This document shows positions 47,400 to 54,489 of a stretch of 64,000 nucleotides of DNA, piece by piece. Origin of the DNA: Clostridiales bacterium (lineage in GTDB: Bacteria > Bacillota > Clostridia > Christensenellales > CAG-138); the NCBI GenBank assembly GCA_024698505.1, contig JAILRE010000063.1, positions 49,615 through 113,614 of the forward strand, given 5' to 3'. The notes beneath the pieces were generated by a model that worked only from the letters and a program-made list of their open reading frames with translations, had not been told where the DNA came from and did not search any database. The stretch's first letter is position 1. Each line of letters starts with the position of its first letter. The translations under genes were made by a program, and so were the position numbers.

Positions 47400-48041
47400 A
47401 TGAGCAAATACGAAAGCTATCTTCTGTTCTTCGCCTCAAAGCTCGGGAGGCGTTCCTTCACGCTCGTCAAGGGCGAGGGAAGGGTCATGATATCCGCTCC
47501 GCACAGCGCCGAACAGACGCGCAACGGCAGAAAGAAATACGGCGAATACCTCACTGGTGTGCTCGCCAATATGCTGCACGACGAGCTCGGCTGCCCGATC
47601 ATCTGCAAGACGAAGAACTGCAAGGATGACGCCAACTACGACGAAAAGAGCAGATACAAGCAGAAGCTGAAAAAGTACGTGATAAAAAACAAGATCGGAT
47701 ATCTTATCGACCTGCACCAGATGAACCCCCAAAGACCGGAGGGTATTGCCGTAGGAACGGGGGAGGGGCGCAATATTTCAGCCGATCCCGGTATCGCGGA
47801 CAGATTCGTTAAGTGTTTCGAAGACGCGGGAATAGACGGCGTAGCGATCGACAAGCCCTTCTCGGCAATTAATCCCAACACCGTCTCCTCGTTCATAGCG
47901 AGGGAATGCGGCATACCCTGCGTTCAGCTTGAATTCAATACAAGGCTGCTTTCAAAAAGGTATTCGGAATGCCGTTACGATGAGATACTTTCGTCCATGG
48001 CGAAGCTGATAAAAGAACTGAACGGGGATGCGAACGGATAA
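47400..48041 (+). CDS. N-formylglutamate amidohydrolase (FGase)-family-like protein
   Basis: ISAPHSAEQ, DDANY, LIDLHQM and VQLEFN blocks resemble FGase-family metal/active-site blocks, judged by eye. ATG 47400. Confidence 0.45.
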   Translation: MSKYESYLLFFASKLGRRSFTLVKGEGRVMISAPHSAEQTRNGRKKYGEYLTGVLANMLHDELGCPIICKTKNCKDDANYDEKSRYKQKLKKYVIKNKIGYLIDLHQMNPQRPEGIAVGTGEGRNISADPGIADRFVKCFEDAGIDGVAIDKPFSAINPNTVSSFIARECGIPCVQLEFNTRLLSKRYSECRYDEILSSMAKLIKELNGDANG

Positions 48042-49654
48042 TGAAACGGATCTATTATAACGGAAAAGTCTATACGGGCGAACTGCCTTTTACGGAGGCT
48101 TTCTCGGTCTCGGACGGAAGGTTCCTTCAAGTCGGCAGCAACGAGGAAATACTGTCGGCTAAAGAGGAATGCGACGAGCTGATCGACCTTGAAGGCGCTT
48201 TCGTATGCGCGGGATTCAACGATTCGCATATGCATCTTCTGGGATTCGGCCAGGCGCTCTCATTTGCGCCGTTAGCTGAGCATACGGATTCCCTTGCTGC
48301 CGTGATCGAATGCCTCAGGACGCATCTCAATACGCATGAATTCGGCGCAGGCCGCTGGCTTTGCGGAAGGGGCTGGAATCAGGACTTTTTCACCGATACG
48401 GACAGGATGCCCAACAGGCATGATCTTGACTGCGTATCAAAGGATATCCCCATCATTATCACGAGGACGTGCGGGCATTGCTGCGTCGTAAATTCCAAGG
48501 CGCTTGAGCTTGCTGGAATCAATGCCGATACTCCTTCGCCCGAGGGAGGGGCCATAGGGATGGAGAACGGCGAGCCCGACGGAAGGCTTTTCGATAACGC
48601 GATAGACCTCCTTAACGCATGCCGCCCCTTGCCCGATAAGGCGGAGATAAAGGATATGATCCGGCTTGCCTGTAAAAAGCTCAACAGCTTCGGCATTACG
48701 AGCTCGCAGACGGACGACTACTGCGTTTTCCGCGGAGTGCCTTATGAGATCGTCAATGAAGCTTACCGCGAGCTCGAGTCCTCCGGCGAGCTGACGGTGA
48801 GGGTTTACGAGCAGTGCAATTTCACTGAAACGAGCGAGCTCGTCCGCTTTCTTGATGACGGGCTCGTTACCGGAAAAGGGAGCGATCTGTTCAGGATCGG
48901 GCCGTTGAAGCTTCTCGGCGACGGCGCTTTGGGAAGCAGGACGGCGTACCTTTCAAAGCCCTATCTCGGGACGGATAACGAGCGCGGTTTTCCTCTCTTC
49001 TCAAGAGAGAAAATGAACGAGCTCGTTTCAATTGCGAACCGTAACGGGATGCAGGTAGCCGTTCATGCGATAGGCGACGCATGTCTTGATATGGTGCTCG
49101 ACGCGATAGAGAACGCTCTTGAAGAATGCCCGAGGAAGGATCACAGGCACGGCGTCGTCCATTGCCAGATATCGAGGAAGGATCAGCTCGAGAGGATCGC
49201 AAAGCTGGATCTGCACGTTTACGCACAGAGCATTTTCCTCGATTATGATAATCATATCGTAGAAAAGCTCGTCGATCCCGAGACTGCCCGAACCAGCTAT
49301 TGCTGGCGTACGCTGATGAAAAAAGGAGTATCGGTCTCCAACGGCTCGGATTGCCCCGTCGAACTGCCCGACGTGATGAAAGGCATACAATGCGCGGTTA
49401 CGCGAAGGTCTTTGGACGGCGCGGGCCCGTTGAATATCGGCGAAGCGTTCACCGTAAAAGAGGCCATAGACAGCTTTACAAAAGAGGGAGCCGTTTCGAG
49501 CTTTGAAGAGAATGAGAAGGGTTTTATAAGGGCCGGATACCTTGCCGATTTTGTGATAATGGAGAGCGATCCGTTCGAATCGGAGGCGGAAGAGCTTCAC
49601 GAAATAAAGCCAAAGGAAACCTATTTGAGCGGACGATGCGTATATAAAGCATAA
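48041..49654 (+). CDS. YtcJ-like amidohydrolase-3 family metal-dependent hydrolase
   Basis: GFNDSHMHL (HxH), VAVHAIGD, HCQ and a later SNGSDCPV (Asp) metal ligand pattern; 537 aa. TAATG overlap with the upstream gene. Confidence 0.75.
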   Translation: MKRIYYNGKVYTGELPFTEAFSVSDGRFLQVGSNEEILSAKEECDELIDLEGAFVCAGFNDSHMHLLGFGQALSFAPLAEHTDSLAAVIECLRTHLNTHEFGAGRWLCGRGWNQDFFTDTDRMPNRHDLDCVSKDIPIIITRTCGHCCVVNSKALELAGINADTPSPEGGAIGMENGEPDGRLFDNAIDLLNACRPLPDKAEIKDMIRLACKKLNSFGITSSQTDDYCVFRGVPYEIVNEAYRELESSGELTVRVYEQCNFTETSELVRFLDDGLVTGKGSDLFRIGPLKLLGDGALGSRTAYLSKPYLGTDNERGFPLFSREKMNELVSIANRNGMQVAVHAIGDACLDMVLDAIENALEECPRKDHRHGVVHCQISRKDQLERIAKLDLHVYAQSIFLDYDNHIVEKLVDPETARTSYCWRTLMKKGVSVSNGSDCPVELPDVMKGIQCAVTRRSLDGAGPLNIGEAFTVKEAIDSFTKEGAVSSFEENEKGFIRAGYLADFVIMESDPFESEAEELHEIKPKETYLSGRCVYKA

Positions 49655-49655
49655 T

Positions 49656-49688
49656 AAAAAGCCCTGCCGATAATCCGGCGGGGCTTTT
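49656..49688. terminator. Bidirectional Rho-independent terminator
   Basis: AAAAA-GCCCTGCCG-ATAATC-CGGCGGGGC-TTTT lies between convergent genes. Confidence 0.65.
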
Positions 49689-49700
49689 AAAGTCGATCGG

Positions 49701-51374
49701 TTATTCCAGGGCGAGGATGAATTTGCAGATCAAGGTAATATCCGCGGTATTGGGAACGCCGTCGTCGTTGAAATCGGCGTTGATCCTGCCCTGCATTGAT
49801 ATCTCAGCTTGATTGAGAATGAACGCGTAGAAAAGGGATACGTCGTCAAAATCGACGTCGCCGTCGCAGTCTACGTCGCCGCGCAGCTTGTTGGTCAGAT
49901 CGACGTATTGAGCGGTCAACACCGTATCATGCCTGATAGAAGTGTATTCAGCATCCCAACCGACGAACAAGAATCCTTCCCTATAGGGATCGTCGGGCGG
50001 AGTCGCATCGCCGAGGAACTCGACGGTTTGCTCACTTAAAACCGTTCCGTCCCAATCAAGGAATCTGACGAGGAAGATCTTGATCTCATACTGCGCGGTG
50101 ACAGTCATATCCTCCAGGACGCAGGAGAATTCCTTGTCCCAGCCTATGAATGCATAGCCCTCACGGAAGGGAACGTAGGGGGCCTCTGCGGATTTGGTGT
50201 GTTCTACCGTAACCTCTTCGATCACGGAGCCGTCGAAATTGACAAACGAAACGACGTGCGTAAAAGGAACGTAATCATTGCTTCTGACTTCGAAAGTGGG
50301 GAGATCGTCTCTGTCGGGATCCGTCCCGAATGCATAGTTGCCGTCCGCGAACGTTCCGATCCTCATATTCAGATCGGAACCGAGAGAGCAGCAGCCGTCG
50401 CCGTCCTTGCAGTAAAGGGGCTCATTGAAGGTGGACTTGTGAGTGCCGACGTACACGCGCTTTGCGTTATTGGTTATCACAAGGCTACGGCACCAAATTG
50501 GGGCGTAATACACGGTGCTTGCGAGGGGGATCGCGATGACGTCCAGCGTGCCTCCGTCAACGATGAGGGGCATATTCCAGCAGTAGATCGACTTGGAACA
50601 GCCGCGGACGACGATATGGCTGTCGCCGACTATCCTTATGCGGCCGAAGGTGATGTAGATGCACATGCCGAGCTGGCCGAGGTAGCCGCCGACGGTGTTG
50701 TCGACGTAGACGTCGCAATTATCGAAAAGGATCTCGGCGGTATCGTCGTCGGTCAGGCCGCCAATCGGAGTATAGCCGTAGGTATAGATGCCGGCCTTGC
50801 CGTTGTAGGCCCTGATCTTGACGTTATGATATTCGGAATTGAGGCCGCCTGATATGCAGTAATCGAGGTAGGTCGTGTTCTGCTCGCGCTCCTTGCCGTA
50901 GCAGTTCAGCGTGATGTTGCTGACGTAGAGGAATTCCCTGATATCGTTCGAACCGCCCGTCTTGAGGAAAAGGCATTTGCCGTAGTATTGATCGGCATAG
51001 AGATTGAGCGTGCCCGTGCCGTCGATTGTAAGATCGCCGTCAAGCTCGGCGGTCAGTACGTCGCCCATTTCGCCGAGAAGCTCGTTATCGATATAGCAGT
51101 CGCCGTATACGAGAAGCTTGGTGTTGGCGGGGAGATAGACAGGAGCGCTGTGCGCGTTTTCTTTACCGTAATTGTTCAGGATCACGAGGGGGTTCCCGTC
51201 GTTTCCCCTTGGATCGAAAGACCAGCCCTCGCTCTCCGACGAGGCGGACTGAGTAGCCGAGGTAAGATCCAACACGGCCGTTCTCTGTACGGTAGTACTC
51301 GTATCGTCTGCGTGAGCAGGCAGCACGACGGCAAGCATCGCAGCTGCAAGAAATACTGCCAGGATCTTCTTCAT
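49701..51374 (-). CDS. Secreted protein: unassigned N-terminal domain, two Listeria-Bacteroides (Flg_new) repeats and a type I dockerin
   Basis: Signal peptide (..PAHA/DD). Two GW-containing repeats (REGYAFIGWD, REGFLFVGWD). The dockerin has two Ca-binding segments (GDVDCDGDVDFDD, NADFNDDGVPNTAD). Confidence 0.7.
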   Translation of the reverse strand: MKKILAVFLAAAMLAVVLPAHADDTSTTVQRTAVLDLTSATQSASSESEGWSFDPRGNDGNPLVILNNYGKENAHSAPVYLPANTKLLVYGDCYIDNELLGEMGDVLTAELDGDLTIDGTGTLNLYADQYYGKCLFLKTGGSNDIREFLYVSNITLNCYGKEREQNTTYLDYCISGGLNSEYHNVKIRAYNGKAGIYTYGYTPIGGLTDDDTAEILFDNCDVYVDNTVGGYLGQLGMCIYITFGRIRIVGDSHIVVRGCSKSIYCWNMPLIVDGGTLDVIAIPLASTVYYAPIWCRSLVITNNAKRVYVGTHKSTFNEPLYCKDGDGCCSLGSDLNMRIGTFADGNYAFGTDPDRDDLPTFEVRSNDYVPFTHVVSFVNFDGSVIEEVTVEHTKSAEAPYVPFREGYAFIGWDKEFSCVLEDMTVTAQYEIKIFLVRFLDWDGTVLSEQTVEFLGDATPPDDPYREGFLFVGWDAEYTSIRHDTVLTAQYVDLTNKLRGDVDCDGDVDFDDVSLFYAFILNQAEISMQGRINADFNDDGVPNTADITLICKFILALE

Positions 51375-51450
51375 GATATCACCTCCGAACAGCTTCTATT
51401 ATAGCTTTTTTGACGTTCAAGTCAAGCCCAATCAAATGCGTTTATTCGTT

Positions 51451-51480
51451 AAAACAGCGCCCATCCGTAAGGAAGGGCGC
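51451..51480 (-). terminator. Candidate terminator between the two dockerin genes
   Basis: On the minus strand GCGCCC-loop-GGGCGC is followed by TGTTTT. The stem is short. Confidence 0.35.
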
Positions 51481-51494
51481 GTGATCGATAAAGC

Positions 51495-52988
51495 TCATAC
51501 AAGCGAGGGTATCAGCCTCATAACGTAGCGCACTATTATCAGCGCGTCGCTCGAATCGAGCTTGTCGTCGAGCGTTACGTTGCCGGCGCAGATCTGTCTT
51601 TCCGTGAGGTCCTGCAGATGCATCGTATACCTTACGATAAGGAGCGCGTCGGCACTCGCTACCGTACCGTTAAGATCCGTATCGCCGAGCAGAGTGTATT
51701 GAGCATGGACTTCCATATCCTCGGTCACGCAGTCAAGCTCCGCGTCCCAGCCGTAGAATACGAAAGTTCCGTCGGCGTTGTTTTGCACTCTTTCGACCTC
51801 CGGCGGCGTGACGGGCTGACCGTCCGGAACGGAAACCCGAGAGATCAGCGAGCCGTCGAATCCGTAGAAGGCAACCGTATGTACGGCAGTACTGCTTCCC
51901 ACGATCTTCAATGCGGGAAGATCGCCGTTATCGGGATCGCCGGCGGTATAGTAATTACCGCCCTCGAATCCTCCGACAAGGTATTGCAGTTCGGAGCCGG
52001 CGGTCGAGCAATCCTCATCCTTGCAGTGCAGCACGGTCGTCAACGGGTAGCTGACAGTGCTGAAATAGACGCTTTCGATATCGTTGGTTATTTTCAGCCT
52101 TCCGCAGAAGACGATGGCTTCTCCGTAATAGGTGCTGACAGGCATTGAAAGGATATTGACCCTGCCGCCCTCAATTGTAAAGGAAAGATATGAATAGATG
52201 CTCCTTGAACCCGCGTTTATAGTAACGTCGCTGTTTCCGGAGATCCTGATCTTGCCGAATGTCGTCCATATGCCTCTTGCGAAAGACCAAAGATCGTTCG
52301 CGCTGTAGTTCTGGATATTGACGACGGAATCCTCTATGAGGATCTCGTCTGCGGTCTCTTCGGATACGCCGCCTATCGGGGTATAACCCTCGGCCTTGAT
52401 GCCGCAGCTGCCGAAATAGGTGTTCACGACCGCGTTTATGATCTTGATCTTCTGATGCCCGTAGATGCAGGGGCGAAGGGTCGCGGCGTTGTTGTTCGTC
52501 CGCTCGAGCCCGTAGCAGTTCACGGTGATATCCTTTATTACGAGCTCGTCGATATGAACGTTCTCGCCGTAAGAGGACTGGTTTATGCAGCGGCCGTTGT
52601 ACTGATTGGCGTAGAGATTCAGAGTGCCGTTTCCCTCAATGATGAGATACCCGTCCGGACCGCCCTGAAGGACGTCGTGCTCGCCGTTCATGTAAACGTT
52701 GTCGATATAGCAGTCGCCGTTTATGACGACGCGGGTGTTTGTCGGAACTATGATGGGAGCGCTGTGCGCAGAAGCGCTGCCGTATCTTGTAAGCGTGAGC
52801 TGCGGATTGCCGTTATAGGCGGTTGGGTCGAAATACCATCCGTCCTTTGTGGAATAGCTTACTTCGGTCACTTCGCTGAGATCGAGCAGAGTTGTCCTCG
52901 CTCCCCTTGTTTCATTAATACCGGCGAACGATGGAACGGACGCAAACAGCAATACCGCGGCGATAAAGACGGCAATGATTCTTTTCAT
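51495..52988 (-). CDS. Secreted paralog: the same unassigned N-terminal domain, one Flg_new repeat and a type I dockerin
   Basis: Signal peptide (..PSFA/G). Colinear motif blocks shared with 49701-51374 (AHSAP, NGDCYIDN, GTLNLYA.QY.G.C, GYTPIGG, TFG.IRI.G). Dockerin segments GDTDLNGTVASAD and GNVTLDDKLDSSD. Confidence 0.7.
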   Translation of the reverse strand: MKRIIAVFIAAVLLFASVPSFAGINETRGARTTLLDLSEVTEVSYSTKDGWYFDPTAYNGNPQLTLTRYGSASAHSAPIIVPTNTRVVINGDCYIDNVYMNGEHDVLQGGPDGYLIIEGNGTLNLYANQYNGRCINQSSYGENVHIDELVIKDITVNCYGLERTNNNAATLRPCIYGHQKIKIINAVVNTYFGSCGIKAEGYTPIGGVSEETADEILIEDSVVNIQNYSANDLWSFARGIWTTFGKIRISGNSDVTINAGSRSIYSYLSFTIEGGRVNILSMPVSTYYGEAIVFCGRLKITNDIESVYFSTVSYPLTTVLHCKDEDCSTAGSELQYLVGGFEGGNYYTAGDPDNGDLPALKIVGSSTAVHTVAFYGFDGSLISRVSVPDGQPVTPPEVERVQNNADGTFVFYGWDAELDCVTEDMEVHAQYTLLGDTDLNGTVASADALLIVRYTMHLQDLTERQICAGNVTLDDKLDSSDALIIVRYVMRLIPSLV

Positions 52989-53067
52989 CCTGACAGCTCA
53001 GCCTCCTTTCTTTATTTTCATTATACCCTCAAATCGAAAACTGTCAATAATTTGGAAGGCAAAACGA

Positions 53068-53092
53068 ATAAAAAAAGCGCCCGAAGGCGCTT
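53068..53092 (-). terminator. Rho-independent terminator of the serpin gene
   Basis: On the minus strand AAGCGCC-TTCG-GGCGCTT is followed by TTTTTTTAT. Confidence 0.6.
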
Positions 53093-53107
53093 GAAAATCG
53101 TGAAGTA

Positions 53108-54382
53108 TTACGCGGCGTCGCCGACTGTGGAAACAAAGAGCACCGCGCCGGTCTCGACCTGATAGATTACCATGGCGTACGGCCTGTCGCAGAGCATGAA
53201 TACGTCGCCGTTGAGAAGCGAGATGCCCTTGGAGCCGACTATCGCGGTGGCGGCGGCGGCCTTGGTGCCCTTTTCGTTGACGATCAGCTTCGCGCCCTGC
53301 ATAATCGTGGTGATGCTGAAATCGTCCCCATTGAGCATTTCGGAGAAATCGCCTTTCAGGCCCTCGGATATCCCGAGGTCGCTTGCCATAGCGAGAACGT
53401 CGATCTTGCTGGTGATCTCGACGCGGGGCATCTGGAGGGAGACGCTCGTGCTGCTGCACTCGTTCTGCCTGCCGATAAGCTTAACTGCGGCGTCAGCGGG
53501 AGCAACGCCCTCTTTGGGGAGGATGACCGCCATGCAGTATTCGCCGCCCTCGTAGGGGATGATCACCATTTCGCCCTCGTCGAACTTGCCGTAATCGAAT
53601 TTATCGGTGACGCTTATCATATTGACGTCCTTGGTACCGCTGACGCCATGGAAGGGAGTAGTCGCGCTCTGGGGCTTGAAGGGGATCGCCCAATTGAGAT
53701 CGAGCGTGAGCGCGTTGAGTATGACGATAACGGTCTCGCGGTCAAGATGATCCAGAAGCTCGCTGATGAGGCCGTCCGTGTTCTGATAGACCCAGTTGTT
53801 GATCTCTTTCAGAGCCTTGTTCGGATTCGAGAAATCCAGCGCGCCGACGGATGCGCGGTAGTAATCGGCAGCGATATTGGCGAATTTCTCACTGACCCTG
53901 TATCCGCAGTTTGCAACGAAAGCCGAATTGATATTGACGCCCTTTGCGGAAAGGAAGGTGTCGATAAGCCTTGCGGTGCTTGCGTTCACGTCGGCCCTCG
54001 TAAGGCCCGGGCAGATGGAATCGAGCAGCTTCGCGGCGGTCGCTTCGTCCGCGCCGTTGGCGAGGATCTGGAGCGCGATCTGCAAGGAAAGGGGGGAGTA
54101 GACGCATGTCTTGTTATTAGCCATGGCCTTCGCCATAGTAACGGCAAACATGTTGTTTACTTCCGAATAGCGCGCGTTGTACTCCGAAGAGGAGAGGAGT
54201 CCCTCGTTCAGGGTGTGAAGCGATATAGCGCAGGTCTTGCCCCTTTCGTTGAGATAGGAAACGGTATCGCCTTCCGCGGGAGCGGCTGTGGGATCGGTGT
54301 TGTTGTTGACGGGCGTCGTGCATCCGAAGCAGACGGCCGCAAAGAGAACGGCCAATGAAACGGAAATAATACGCTTTAACAT
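53108..54382 (-). CDS. Serpin-family serine protease inhibitor, secreted or possibly lipid-anchored
   Basis: The serpin core is colinear (SPLSLQIALQILANGA...). Inhibitory-type hinge and reactive-centre loop NEKGTKAAAATAIVGSKGIS, then the CDRPY strand. Signal peptide with Cys (VCFGC). Confidence 0.85.
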   Translation of the reverse strand: MLKRIISVSLAVLFAAVCFGCTTPVNNNTDPTAAPAEGDTVSYLNERGKTCAISLHTLNEGLLSSSEYNARYSEVNNMFAVTMAKAMANNKTCVYSPLSLQIALQILANGADEATAAKLLDSICPGLTRADVNASTARLIDTFLSAKGVNINSAFVANCGYRVSEKFANIAADYYRASVGALDFSNPNKALKEINNWVYQNTDGLISELLDHLDRETVIVILNALTLDLNWAIPFKPQSATTPFHGVSGTKDVNMISVTDKFDYGKFDEGEMVIIPYEGGEYCMAVILPKEGVAPADAAVKLIGRQNECSSTSVSLQMPRVEITSKIDVLAMASDLGISEGLKGDFSEMLNGDDFSITTIMQGAKLIVNEKGTKAAAATAIVGSKGISLLNGDVFMLCDRPYAMVIYQVETGAVLFVSTVGDAA

Positions 54383-54454
54383 GTACGTATCCTCCTTTGT
54401 TGATCAAAATGGCATTACCATTTTACATATATAACGAACGAATTGCAATAAGGG

Positions 54455-54483
54455 TTCCCAAAATTCAAAAAATAAGTTATAAT
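54455..54483 (+). promoter_or_regulatory. Promoter abutting the uvrC start (leaderless candidate)
   Basis: TTCCCA, a 17-nt spacer, then TATAAT. The -10 ends at 54483, ATGs lie at 54484 and 54490, and there is no Shine-Dalgarno. Confidence 0.35.
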
Positions 54484-54489
54484 ATGCGT

